Positions 20,467 through 33,047 of a stretch of DNA of 64,000 bases are shown here, piece after piece. Under the pieces are notes generated by a model. It ran no database searches, was not told the origin of the DNA, and saw only the letters and a list, made by a program, of their open reading frames with translations. The DNA lies in contig JANHCV010000006.1 of assembly GCA_025594325.1 (NCBI GenBank), positions 1,364,001-1,428,000 on the forward strand, given 5' to 3'. The translations under genes were made by a program, and so were the position numbers. Source of the DNA: Blastocladiella emersonii ATCC 22665. Lineage: Eukaryota > Fungi > Blastocladiomycota. How positions within the stretch are numbered: position 1 is the first letter of the stretch; each line of letters opens with the position of its first letter.

Positions 20467-23400
20467 TCACATCCCGCCGTCTTCCGCCGCCTCGGCACCA
20501 CGACGCGGCCCCCCAGTCAGCTGTCTCCACTGCACGGGCGAGAGCGGGACGAGGACTTCCACGCTGACTGTGATCGAGCCGCGGCGACGGCGCGGCGTCG
20601 TGGGGCGCGATGCGGAAAAGGAAGCCGCGGCCATCTCAATCACTGCGAGTCCATCATCTTCACGGTCGTGCGAATCGTCGAATGTATCAATAAAATCGGC
20701 CTCCACGCGCAGGTGAGCTCTATTGGCTCGCTGCGCGGAGAGGCTGCGCTCGCGCGCGCACTTGGCGCGCCATGACGACGGCCGCCGCAGCGCCAGCGGC
20801 GCTCGCGGCCGGGTCCGTACACGGCGGAGCTGCAGCTGCTGCGCCACTACCGTCTTGGACCACCGCCGTCGCCGCCGACGGCTCGATCGCGGGGAAGCCG
20901 GGCTGCTGCTGTTGCTGCGGCTGCGGCTGCGTCTGCAGGTGGTGGAAGTTCGGGTGCAGGAGCGGCTGGTACTGCGGCAGCAGCGGGAGCGACTGCACCA
21001 GGGGCTGCTGCGGGACGAGCGACGGATGCTGCAGAGGCTGCTGCTGGACGAGCGACGGATGCTGCAGAGGCTGCTGCTGGACGAGCGGCGGTGGCTGCTG
21101 GAGCTGGAGCGGCAGTCGCGGAAGCTGGACGAGAAGCCGCGGTTGCTGCTGCTGCTGGACTTGCTGGACGAGGAGCGGCGCTGGCGGGACCTCGACCCCG
21201 ACACCCACACCACCACCACTCGCGCTGCTGCTGCTCTCGTTGACGACGACGGGATCGGCCGACGACGAGGACGCCGACGACCCCTCGTACTTGCGCCGCA
21301 CACCGTGGGTGCGCTCATACAGCCCGCACGCGTTACAGAGCCGCTCAGCGGGGACAATGACACCGCGTCGCCACGCGCGCGAGTTGGTGGTGCCGCAGTT
21401 ACCGCACTTGGGCGGCGGCAGCTGGCGCTTGCGGCGCAGCGTGCCGTTGGGCTGGATGTCCTGGACCGCGCGCTGCACGCCGTGCGTGCGCTCGTACAGG
21501 CCGCACGGGTTGCACAGGTACTGGTTGGGCACGATCTGGCTGAGCCGCCACGTCGACGACGTGGTGCTGTGGCAGTTGGAGCACACGAGGTCGCGCTGGT
21601 CGGGCCGCTGCGCCGCCGTCGACGCGGGCCGGGACCGCGGGCGCCGTCCGCCGCTGCTGGCACCGCTCCCGCCACCGGCGCCGCTGCGCTTCGGCGCGGC
21701 CACGTCCGAGTACGCGTCGCTGTCGCTGTCGGACGACGGCGCCGCGAGGTCGTCCATGTACGCGTCGCCGTCCGAGTCGACGCCGCCGTCGCCGCCCTGC
21801 CCCGCGGTGCCGTCGGTGGGTGATGGCGGAGAGGTGCGCCGGCTGCGCGCCGCGGCGGTGGACTTGGCCGTGCGCGAGCGTTTCGCGGGAGCCGGGCGGC
21901 CGGTGCTGCTGCGGTCCGCGAGCGAGACGGTGGTGGTGGCCCCGTCGCCGAGATCGGCGAGGTCCGGGTCCGCGGCCTGGCGCGCGCTGCGGGTCCGCTT
22001 GCGGGTGGGGCGGCCCGTGGGCGCGGGCGGGACCGGGTCGGCAGCGGGCGCGGTGGTCGCGACGAGCGAGCCGCCGAGGATGTCGATCCCGGCGAGATCC
22101 ATGGCCGAGTCCTGGTGCTGCAGGAGCCCGTGGCGGTGGGTCTTCCACGCGTGGCTGACGGGGAGGAGGAGCTCGGGCTCGTCGTCCTCGTCGTCGTCGG
22201 CCGTGTGGTGGGTCGGCGGGAGCAGCGGGCTGCGCGACGACGCGTCGTCGTGGTCGTGGTCATGCTCGCCGTCGTGGTGGTGGTGATGGTGGTGGTGGCT
22301 GCCGTCTTCGGGGATCGGCATCGGCCAGTAGTCGACGCGCCCGACCTCGGCAGCGGCCGCGGCAAACTCGTCGACGGTCGGCGACGACGCCGCAAGCTCG
22401 ACGAGTTTCGCGGCCGCGGCGATCAGGTCGACGGCGTTGTCGTGCGGCTCGGCCTGGTCCTCCTCCTCTTCCTCCTCATCGTCGTCGTACTCGCCCTGCT
22501 CGTAATCGTACGTGACGAACGAGTCGGGCGTGCGCGACGAGCCGCGGGCGGGCGGGTCCGAGCGAACGAGGCCGAACCGCGACGGCAGCCGCATCTCCTC
22601 CTCGTCGTCGTCGTCGACATCGAGCGGCTGGTGCGCACGCGCCGCCGGCGGGTCCGAGCGCGGCGTGTCGGGGCGAGCGGCGTGCAGCGCGGCGCTGCTC
22701 GAGGTGCTGCTGCTCGGGCGGCTCAGGTACTGCACGCGGGTGCCCGGCTTGCGGCGGAACCGCGACGCGGCAATGATTGCGGCGCGCGTCGGCGCGGCCT
22801 CGGGCACCGGTGGCGTGGCGGCGCGCGAGGTGACGTCGGGGTCGGCGGCGAGAACGCCGCGGGGTGGCGGGCGATCCGGCGACGCGGCGGGTTCCTCTGC
22901 ATCGGCGATGAGCGAGGCGGGACACGCCGGTGAGGCTGCTGCGGCGGACTCGGCGAGCGTGGCGGCGACAGCAGGCGAGGCAGCTCGAGCCGGCAAGCCT
23001 GCTGGAACGGCGTCCCGAGCCGGTGGTGCTGCTGCGGTGGGCGACGCTGCGCGAGCCGGGTCAACGGCCGCTGCCGGCGTAGCTGCCCGAGCGGGCGACT
23101 CGCGTGCAGCGACCGCGACCACCGTCGTCGACTGAGCGGCCACGACGGCAACGGGGGACACGAGCACGGCCGTCGACTGCACCGGAACCGCGGCAACGGG
23201 CGCTGCTGGCGGAACCGGCGAAGCGCGAGCGGGTGCAGGCGGATCGGGTCGCACAGCGGGCGAGGCCGTGCCCGAGCGCGCGCCCTCCTTCTCGTTGACC
23301 TCCTTCTTAGACCGCTTCGTGAAATCGAGCTTGATGACGAGCTTGGGCAGCACCGGCTCCGCGGCGCGTGGCAGGATCGGCGCCGGCGGGGCGGGCACGG

Positions 23401-25223
23401 TCTCGGCGACCGCTGCGGCGTTGGTCGGCGGGACCGGTGGCGCCGCCGGTGCCGCCTCAACCACGTCCATGGGCTCCGGCTCGGCCTGCGCCGTCGCGAG
23501 CACCGGCTGCTGCTCAACGACGACGGGCTGCTGCTCGGCCTGCGTCGCGGCGAGGATCGGCCGGTCGACGGCGGCGTCCTTCTCGGCCACCGGGGTCGGC
23601 AGCGGCGGCGGCGCAGCGGTCCCGTCGGCAATGACCATGGCCGACGACGAAGTGCCGAGATCGGAGCGCGGGGGAATCGACGTCGCGGGCGCCTGCGCGA
23701 TGGAGGCGGGCGAGACCGCGGCGGGCGGCGAGAGCGCCGCGAGCACAGCTTGTGCGGAAGTGGTCGAGGGCGACGTGACGGTCACCGACGACGTGGCCGC
23801 CGTAGCCGCAGCGGTACCCCGGGTCCGCGACCGCGACCGCGTGCGCGAGGGGAGCACGGGCACCGTCGGCTCGGTGGCCGCGGGCGCTGTGGGCGCCGCC
23901 GCCGTCGCGACAGCGGGAGCCGACTCGGCAGTGGCGGTAGTGGTGGGAGTGCGCGAGCCCTCGAGGTTGCGCAGGAGGAAGTTGGCCATGAGGCCGGTGC
24001 CGGACCACCGCGCGGTCTCCTCGACCTTGGCGGGGAGGCGCTTGGCGCGGCTCGAGCGGCGCACTGCAGCAGCGGCAGCAGCGGTCGAAGAGGAAGAGGA
24101 GGAAGAGTCGGGGTGTGCAGGCGCGGCGGGATCGAGCGACGAGAGGGTGGTCGCGGGGGCGGGTAGGGTATCATGGTCGACGAGCATAGCGTCTTCGGCC
24201 TGGTCGACGGCGACACCATGCTCGCCGACAGGAACAGGCACGGGCAGCTCCGTCACATCAGCGGGGCGAGGCGAAGCGGCCAGCACCGCCGAGTCACGAC
24301 GAGCCGCCGCGACGCTGGGCGACCCCGCCGGTTCACTCTGCGCGACCAGAGCACGACGGGCCGAAGTAGCCGAACGCGTCGCGGGACGCGAGTGTGGGCG
24401 CGGCGTGTTCGGGGCGGAGGCGGTCGCACGCGGCGCGATGCGGGCGGGCGACGTGGGAACCGGGTTCGCCGAACTGGTCGGGACCGTCGGCAGCGCGCCG
24501 TCCGTCGCCGTGCCGATCGACGCGTTGCTTGCAGAAGCAGAGGCAGCAGCAGCGCGAGCGCGCGTCGACGAGCGGAGGAGGCGGGCGGGCGCGGCACGCG
24601 AGGCGACCGGCTCGGTCTGCGTCATCGTCACCGTCGCTGGGGGCGCGGGCGGCGGCGGCGGCGGCGGGACCTTGAGCTTGAGCCGCGCGGGTCGGACGGG
24701 TTTCGTAATACGCGGGTCAGCGACGTGGGCCAGCGAGTCGACCTGGTCGGCGGGGTCCGAGGACCGATCGACGAGCTCGCGCTTGACGGCGACGCCGACG
24801 TTCGCGAGCGACGCCGCGGCCGTCGCGCCCGGTGCCGCACCGGTAGCGCTGCCACGGGTCGACGCGAGTCGCGCGGAGCGGCGCGGCGGGCTCAGCGGCC
24901 CGTTCTTGGTCGCGGCCGGGGCGTGGGGGGCGGCGGCGGTGGGCCGTGGGAGCGTGGGAGCGGGGCCGGCTGGGCGAGCGCGGCGGGCGAACCAAGGCGT
25001 CAGCGCGTTTTCCGGGGACAGGATCGGGTCGAGGGCGGGTCCCGACCCTCGAAAGGCGCGAAAAGAGCGTACCCGTCGGCGTAGGGGGAGCGGATGGAAC
25101 GCGGGTCGATCGCGGCGGCGACTTGGGCCCCGCGTCGGCGGCGTTGGACGTGGACGCGGCGGCGCGCGACCGCGTGCGCGGACCGCTGGGTGCCTTGGCG
25201 GTCGGGCGAGCCGGTTTTCCCAT
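20467..25223 (-). CDS. Large disordered GATA-type transcription factor with two zinc fingers (3 exons: 25223-25073, 24969-20762, 20700-20467)
   Basis: CSNC-x19-CNPCGLYERTH and CGNC-x19-CNACGLYERTH followed by a Gln/Pro-rich tract; two predicted GT-AG introns join in frame. The start is inferred. Confidence 0.8.
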
Positions 25224-26003
25224 GGTGCAGGGCAGAGGGGCGACGGGGAGGGAGGAGTGTGTGATGGCGCGTGTGATGTGGGGACGCGCGGGCGGGCGGC
25301 GGGCGAGGGCAGGCGGATCGCGGGCGCCGGGGGAGGTTGCATCAAGTGCGAGGGGAGCAAGGGCACGCAAGGGGGAGAATCGGCGGAGCGCGGGAGCGGG
25401 CGGCGCGGTGAGAAAGCGGGCGCGCAGGCGGCGCGTGAGGGAGCGCGCTCACCGCGGCACGCGTGGGTGGGGGCCGTGCTGGCTTCAGTCTTCGGTGTGA
25501 GCTCGCTCGCTCGCCCGCCCGCTTCTCACCGCCTCTCTCCCACGGGAACCACGCTGCAGCGCGTCGCGCCACGCCTCTCTGCGCGTCACTCACTGCCCTC
25601 CGAAATCGCTCCGATCGACTGCGATGGCCGCTCAGCTATGCTCAAGGTCACCGGTGGGGGACACGGCCGCTGATCGGGAGGCAGAACCTTGGACTGCGAC
25701 ACGCGTCGCGTTGCGCAGCAGCACAGAGAGGGTTCCCGTTTGAATCATGTTTTTGCGTTCAAAATTGAGTAACGAGGGAGCGCGACGGGGCAGCAGCGCC
25801 AGCAACGGGGCGCAGCGGCACGCACGGGCGGCGATGAGACAACAATGGAGGAAGAGTAAGCTATTTAGAACCGAGGAGCGGCGCCGAGCGAGCGAGCTCT
25901 GGACAGGCAGGATGACGGAGCAGCGGTCCGTCGCCCACACGCGCGCGTGCGGCAACATCACGCCGGGCGACTCGTCGGTGGTGGCGTAGCGCACGCAGAC
26001 GCC

Positions 26004-26300
26004 CTAGAACAGGACGCCGGCGCCGCCGAGCTGGATGGCCTCGATCTCGGCGTCCGAGAACGGCACCGACCCGCGCTTGACGCCGAACGGCGCCGCCGAC
26101 ACGACGCTGGTGGCTCCTGGCGACGTGGTGGGCTTGAACGCCGCGGGCGCGGGCGCGGGCGCGGCGGCGGCCGACGCGGAGAAGGACGCGGGCGACGCAG
26201 CAGCGGGCGCGGCCTGCTGGGCCTGGCGCAGCAGGTGGCGCGGGCCGAGGAAGCGGATCAGTGGGACGTGCGGGCGCACAAACTGCGTGAGGATGGCCAT
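26004..26300 (-). CDS. KGD4: Mitochondrial alpha-ketoglutarate dehydrogenase subunit 4 (KGD4/MRPS36/YMR31 family)
   Basis: N-terminal RPHVPLIRF, Ala/Pro linker and C-terminal FSDAEIEAIQLGGA, the family's two conserved ends; 98 aa. Confidence 0.85.
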   Translation of the reverse strand: MAILTQFVRPHVPLIRFLGPRHLLRQAQQAAPAAASPASFSASAAAAPAPAPAAFKPTTSPGATSVVSAAPFGVKRGSVPFSDAEIEAIQLGGAGVLF

Positions 26301-28108
26301 GGTGGTGGCGGCGATGGGGGCTACACGCAGGGCGGGATGGTGAGCGACCCTGATCCCGAAGTCGGCGGGGCCCATTCCGAATGCATCGAGTCGGCAAGCA
26401 TTACATTTGAGGGTGAGGGCGCGGGATGATGGCGGTTGCGGAGCGTGAAGAGCGAGCGGCCCACGCGTTTCCGAGGCCGAGGGGAGGACCGAAAACCGCC
26501 TCGTGCAGAAATATTGTTGAGCCGGAATCACCGCACGTGACGCGGAACGAACCGGTTTTGTCTCGCGCGTCGCCGCCTGCGTCGCCGCGTCGCATCGCGT
26601 CTTCCTCTCCGCTCCTCTCGTTGCAGGCGCTCGCTCCTCATGCAACGGTCATGATCTGCTTCTGCAATGGACCCGGCGGGCTGCTCGGTGGACGCGGGTG
26701 CCGTGCTCGCCTCGCCGCGTCGGCTGGACGCTGGCCATGGTCACAACCCGCGCAACCCCCGCGCCCTCCCGCGATGCCATGATGAGAGCGGCTTCTCGGC
26801 GATGAACTGGGGCTTGGTAACCGATCGTTCAGTCCCCATGCTCGGCCCACATGGGATGGATGCTTCACTTCTGCCGAGCTGGCATGGTCGGGCCACGACG
26901 GGAACCAGGTCCTTGATGGCCATCGACCATCGACCACGGCCGCGAAGGAGGCGGCGCCAGGATCGACGGATCCGCCACGTTGGCGACGTGAGACGCGGTC
27001 GCGGGCTTGAAACGCGCCAGGCCGAGTCCAACCAGCGCAGTCGCCCCGTCCCTGCGTGTCGTCATCGACGCCACCAGTCTGTCCCTGAGCGAGCGACGTC
27101 GCAACGGCGGCGAGGGCGCCGTGGCCGTCGTCGTCGTCGTCGTCGAGGAGGGCGATCGTGGTCGCCGTGACGGTGATGCTGACGCCGCGAGGCGGGTGAG
27201 ATGGGCGTGCCTCAGCCTGTGCGCGGCGGCGTGGCCGAGCAAATTTGTCTCACTTGACCTGAGCTGAGCCCTCGCGTCGGTCTCCGCCAACGGTTCCCCG
27301 CTCTCTTCCTTCCTCGCTCCCCTTGCTCCGGCCCAACTAGACCTCGGCTCCAGTCCGCTCGCACCCGTCGCAACGGCCTCCTCCCCTCGGTCGCTTCGTC
27401 GCGCGCGCGTGCGCTGCCCTCCACCGATCCACGATAGAAGATACCTCTGGCCTCGGCCTCCTGCTGCTGCGCCTCATCGCCCTTCCCCAAACGCTCGCTC
27501 TCCCTCTCCCTCGCTGGACGTGATCCCTCGCAGCTACGGCGATTGCGCACGACACTCTTCGCCGTCCGACGCCTCCCTCGCCACGGTACGCGGCTCGTCT
27601 CGTGCCCTCTCGCCGAAGATTCATGCAAGAATCGAGCTGACCTCCGCCGACCCCACCGTGGCGCCCCTCTGCCCCTCGCACGCGACCCGCCTCGCCTCGC
27701 CCCGTCCCTGCTTTTACCCTCAGCGTGGCCTAACGTGGCATCGCATCGTCTCGTCGTCGCCGCCGCCGTCGATCTCACGCCCGCGCAGAAACCGTCCTCT
27801 TGTCGCGAGATCCGAACAACCCTCGCTTGCTCGCCGCACACGTCGCCGCTGTCGTGTCGTGTGCTCGCTCGGTCCTCGTCACCGCCGACACTGCCCGTCG
27901 TCATCGCTCGTGCAACCCGCGTCAGCGTGAGCGAGACGGGCTGCCGAACTCCCGAAGGTCGCGCCGCCGTCGCAGTCGCCGCCGACTTGCCTCTTTTGGT
28001 CGCGCCTGTTCGTCTGCCTGTTCGTTTCCATCGCGCCGGCTGCGACATCATCGCCCGCCCGCCCCGCTCCCCCTCTCTCCCTCCCGTAAACCACTCTCCT
28101 CCCTTGCA

Positions 28109-30920
28109 ATGGAATCTTCGCCTGGCGGCATCCCGACCTGCTGCACTAGCGGCAGCTGCACCCGCAACGCCTCCTCCTCGCCGCCATCACCACCACCGAC
28201 GAGGAGAGACGCCGCCCCGCTCGCGCCGTCGCCTCGATCGACCCTAGCCCGTTCCTCGCTCCTCCATCATGGCGCGCCGGCGAGCGGCACCCCGCCAAGG
28301 AGTGCACCCAGCGCCTCGCACGGCGTTTCGCCTGCGCCCGCGCCCGCGCCCTCGCCCGCCGCCGCCGCCGCCACTCCTTCTGGACTCTCGTCGTCGGCGC
28401 CGTCAACCGCTACCTCTCTCCCTGCCCAAACCCGTTCCCCGCTGTCGTCCTCCTGCGGCGCTTCGTGCACTTCATCGTCGTCCGCGCCGCCCCCGTCGCC
28501 GGTGCCACCACGCCCGCGCCCGTCCTTCTTCCCCGCTGCTGCCGCCGCCGCGGCCGCTGCTGCTGCTTCCGCCACCACGGCGCCGCGCCCGCACACTCCA
28601 ACACCGTCTGCGTCTGCTGCCGCGGCTGCAACCGCCTCGGATCCCGCGTTCCTGGCGACTTCCGCCGACACGGCATCCATCCCGCCCGCGCACCAGTGGC
28701 CGCCCGAGCTCCGCGCCCGCGCCGTCGCCGCTGCCTGGCGCGCCTACTGGCGCCAGTTCCTCCTGCGCCTCTACTGGGCCTCGCGCGGCGACACGTTTGA
28801 CGCTGCCTCGCCCGCGACCGGCACGAGCACGCCCGGCGCGTTTGCGGTGACTGCTGCTGCTGCGCCGCCGCCGTCGTCCTCGTTTGCGACGACAGCGTCG
28901 CCGGCAGTCCGTCCGCGCGTCCGCGTTCCGTCGCACCTCGCGACCACGACCACTGCTTCGCCGACCACGAACGACACGCTGTCCGAGTCCGGCTCGTCCG
29001 CCAGCAGCTCGCGCGCGTCGTGGACCTCCTCAACCGCGTCCCTGGCCTCGCTAGCGGAGGAAGAAGCAGACGCCTCGACCGCGTGGGTCGACGACGCCCT
29101 CGCCGAGCTCAGTGCACCTCACCCACCGCCTCCCCCAACCAACGGCGCGCGGTCCGCGTCCGTCTTCACGCCGCCGTGGCACGCCGCGCCCGGCGCCCCG
29201 TCCGTGCACACGCACGCGCACGCATCCGAGTTCCCGTGGTGGCCCGGCCCGCTGCTCGCCGCGCTCCTGTTCCCGGCCTCGCGCGCGCTCGTGCGTGCGG
29301 TTGCCGCGGTCAGGTCGACCCTCGGCACCTCGCTCGCCGTCGCCCTGCTCGTGTCCAACGACCAGTGGCAGCCGTCCGCCCGCGCCGGGTTGATCCAGGC
29401 GTTGCGGTACGCTTTCACCTGGACTTGCAGGCCTTCGACCTGGTTCTGATATCCCCACGTGTAGCCGCGAAGCCCGCGAACACCGCGACGCGACCCGGCG
29501 CAGCGCACGCAAAGGCCGCCTCGCGCGCCGCCTCGCCGCCCTGCGCGCGCACGTCCAGTGGAAGCTCATGCCGCAGACCCTCGCCAACAGCCAGTACGCG
29601 GGTCTCGCCGAGGCCCTGACCGACGTCGTGGACGTGGAACCCGCGCCCGACCTCCGCGTCCCCGAGCCGCCGCTCGACGCGCCCGACCTCGACCGCATCC
29701 GCGTCGCCAGCCCGCTTCTCCACCGGAACGCGCCGTCGCCGCATCGACCTTCCAGCGTCGTGTCGGTCGCCGACTCGCTCGCGCTCTCGGCGCTCGTCTC
29801 TGCGCCCGCTAGCGTGTGCGACTCCTCCGACAGCCGGCCCGCGTCGCCCGCACCGTCGTTTGCGGGTACCGCGGTCGGGATGGGTGGGATCGCGCCGTCG
29901 CGACCCGTGTCGCCGTACCTGTATAACGAGATGGCCGAGTCGGTTTTGGGGGAGTCGGACCGGTTCCCTGCTCCCGAGATCACGGACCCCGTCTCGCTCC
30001 CACCGCGCGCGCCCGCCTCGGTGTACGCGGCGGCTGGGTCGCCGCGCCGCCTCTCGACGCTGTCCACGGCGTCCTCGTGGACTGCGTCGCGGGGTAGCGG
30101 CAGCGTGCTGAACCACCACTCGCACCATCATCACCACCATCGGCGCCGCCCCTCGCTCGCCGCCTCGGACGTGTCGGCGCTCCTCGACAACGCCACCGAG
30201 TGCGGCGCGTCAACCTGCGGCCCACCCACCACCACCGCCGCCACTCCCGCCGCGGCGCCGTCCGTGATCGCCGACTCGGCCATCGGGTCCTCGATCGCCG
30301 GCAAACGGCTCAGCTACAGCTACCCGCACCACCGTCGGCGCGGCAGCTCCGCGTCCGCGTACACGGCATGGAGCACCTCCGGCGCCGTCGGCCGCACCCC
30401 GCCGCCGTCGCCCATCGACGAGCACGAGCCCGCGCCCGACCCGACCGAGTCCCTGTGGCGCTGGCTCGCCGGGCTCTCGCCCGCGCCCGAGCTCAGTGCT
30501 GCCGCCGCCGCTGTCGCGGCCGGGTACCCGATGATCCCCACCGCGGCCGCGGACCATGTGCATGACCCACCGCCCGCGTGGTGGACGTCTACGACGCGCG
30601 ACCCCGTCCTCGCCGCCGAGGCGTTGGTGGCGGAGAGTACCGCGGCCAAGATCGCGCGCAACCAGATCGCCGCGTTCAACGCCGCCGGGTTCCCGCAGTC
30701 GATGTGCGAGGAGGATGCGCCCGCGCGGCCCGCGAGCGCACCGGCTGTGTCGCCCGCGGCTCAGCATCGCCGCCGCCGCCGCCGACGCCGCGTCTCGGGC
30801 ATGTGGTGGGCGGGCGACGAGCACGACGATCTCGACCTCGATCTCGGCGGCGGTGGCGTGTCGGACGAGGACGCCGGGTACGTCAGCGCCGACTATAGCG
30901 CCGTCGGTAAGGACGAGGTC

Positions 30921-30953
<33 letters not shown>

Positions 30954-32084
30954 TCCGCGTCGTTCCGGTGGTCAACGGACGCGTACCGTCCGCCGCCCAC
31001 CCCGACGACGCCCGCGTCAGCCGAGGCCAAGGTCTCGCCGATGCACCGCCACCGCACAGACAGCGGGTTCTCGACGCCGTCGGGCGTCACGTCACCGAGC
31101 CCGCGGCCCGCGTCGTCGGCGCACCACGCACACGCGCACGCGCACGCGCACGTTCATTTCGATCGCGACCCCGTCATCCGCGCCGACCCGCACGCCGCTG
31201 CCGCCGCCGCCGCGCTCGGCGACGAGGAGGAGGTGGATCTGCGGTCGGTGCGGTCCGACGACGACGAGGAAGTCGACCTCGACTTCGGCGACGCCGACCA
31301 CGCCATGGACGCTGCAGGCAGCGAGTGCGGCGACGGCGACGAGGACTACCTCTCTTCAAGCGACGACGACGAGGGCGAGGTCAAGGTGTACGGTCCTGCG
31401 ACGCCGCTCCCACTGCCCGTCGCGCAGCAGTCCGTCCCGGGGTACCGCCGCCGCACCACGTCGTGGTCGACCAGCTCGTTCCGCGGCGGCCTCGACACGG
31501 TCCTCGAGGACGCGCTCGCGGTGCCGCCCAGCTCGCTCCACGCGGTCCACGGCGGCAGCAGTGGGATGATGGAGCTCGGCCCGCACGGGATCCCGGGACC
31601 GATCACGCTCGACCACCACGCGCCGTCGGCGTCGCAGCAGTACCAGTCGCCCGCCATGGGCGCCGCGGCTTCGGCTTCGGCGAATACCACCAAGGCCACG
31701 GCGACCGCGGCCGCCGCCGCCGCCGTCGCGGCCTTCTTCTCGAACCCGCAGGAGTGGGCCGCCGCTGCGGCCGCCATGGGTTTCACGCCTCCCGCTGCCG
31801 CTCCCGCATCTGAGCCCGCTGCCGCTGCCGCGACCGTCGAGGTGGCGCCGCCCGTCGAGGCCGAGACGCTCGCAGACGTGATGAAGGAGGCGCGCACGGC
31901 GCTCGCGGGCGCGCGCAAGGCGTGCGAGGCCGAGCTCGCCGGCACGTTTGCGCTCGGGCTGCGGCTCGGCAAGTGCGAGCGGCTCGCGGCCGAGCTCGCG
32001 CGCGACGCCGAGACGGCCGAGGCTGAGCTCGGTAAGGTCGACGCGTGGCTCGCCGAGTTTCGCACGTTGATCGAGGAGCTGTGA
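28109..32084 (+). CDS. Large (~1300-aa) low-complexity Ser/Pro/Ala-rich protein with C-terminal coiled coil (exons 28109-29406, 29465-32084)
   Basis: A 58-nt GT-AG intron (29407-29464) joins the 27800 and 29568 ORFs in frame (QALR|REAREH...WKLMPQTL). The start is uncertain and no domain was recognised. Confidence 0.6.
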
Positions 32085-32232
32085 TGTGAAGAGTAGAAGT
32101 GGATGGATGATGAGAGTATATAGCCTACATAGACCTGATTCAAGCGGTTGATGGTTCGTACGGGAGGTAGCCGTGAGACCAGGGGTAGTGGGACGAGCGG
32201 TGAAAAAGTGTCTCGCGGTGAGACGCGTGGTG

Positions 32233-32271
32233 AAAAGTGTCTCGCGTTCGGCACGTGACCCGCGACGCGTC
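32233..32271 (-). repeat. Tripartite motif copy 5, with an extra GCGAGACACTTTTT half-copy at 32203-32216
   Basis: Minus strand GACGCGTC-GCGGG-TCACGTG-CCGAAC-GCGAGACACTTTT. Confidence 0.85.
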
Positions 32272-32402
32272 TCGCACCTGTGAGGCTGACCGCACTCTCC
32301 ACATGCGGGCGCGGCACATGCGGCTGCAGCAGCCGTCGCACACGCATGCACTCGTATGAACCCTGCCGCTACTGACTCTCTCACAATCCCAGTTCCCTCA
32401 TC

Positions 32403-33047
32403 ATGTCCAAGCAGCCCCCTTCCCAGTTTCGGGCCCACACGGCCCCTGGTATCCAACCGCTGTTGCCGAACCCACGCATATCGGCTGCTGCACACTCAGA
32501 TACAACCAAGAAGCATGGAGCAGTGCGTCCGCCTCGACCTATCCGTTCTGGTGCAGCTCAGCAACGAGTAGCCATACAGCCAGATTGTCTTGTCACCGTC
32601 AAAGCTGCAGACCTTGCGCTAGTTCAAAAGCTTGTTGACAAGCTGGCGAAACGCATTCCGAACAGCCAGTCGTCTGTTCCTGCCAGTATTTCACTCGAGG
32701 GATTTACCCAGCTTGTGAAGTCGCTTGATCGCCTAGTGTCTGCCATTGTGACCATGCCTGAAAACACCCCCCAGACACCGACGGCAAGACCCACGTCTGA
32801 TACTTGTGCGTCTAGCGGAGTTAGGCCGGACGTTCCGCGTCAAGTTTCCAACCCCGAACGACCCAGCAGCGCTGCAGAATGCGCGCCTCAAGTCTCAACA
32901 ACTCAACACACATGGACGATCATGGACATTGATCAAATCACCACACGCAAATGGGGCTACTTTAATTCGGCCAAACGCATTCGTGAAGCGCAGGAGATGA
33001 ATGCAAAAATTAAGTACCTTGAGTCGTTTGAAGGCTTTAACAAGTAA
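32403..33047 (+). CDS. Low-GC orphan protein (214 aa)
   Basis: Intact ORF with ATCATG start and AATAAA shortly after the stop; codon use differs from the host genes; no domain recognised. Confidence 0.6.
   Translation: MSKQPPSQFRAHTAPGIQPLLPNPRISAAAHSDTTKKHGAVRPPRPIRSGAAQQRVAIQPDCLVTVKAADLALVQKLVDKLAKRIPNSQSSVPASISLEGFTQLVKSLDRLVSAIVTMPENTPQTPTARPTSDTCASSGVRPDVPRQVSNPERPSSAAECAPQVSTTQHTWTIMDIDQITTRKWGYFNSAKRIREAQEMNAKIKYLESFEGFNK

Noticed and set aside
26741-27290. Possible gene between KGD4 and the 28109 gene
   Set aside because: The overlapping short frames lack a convincing start, domain or splice model.
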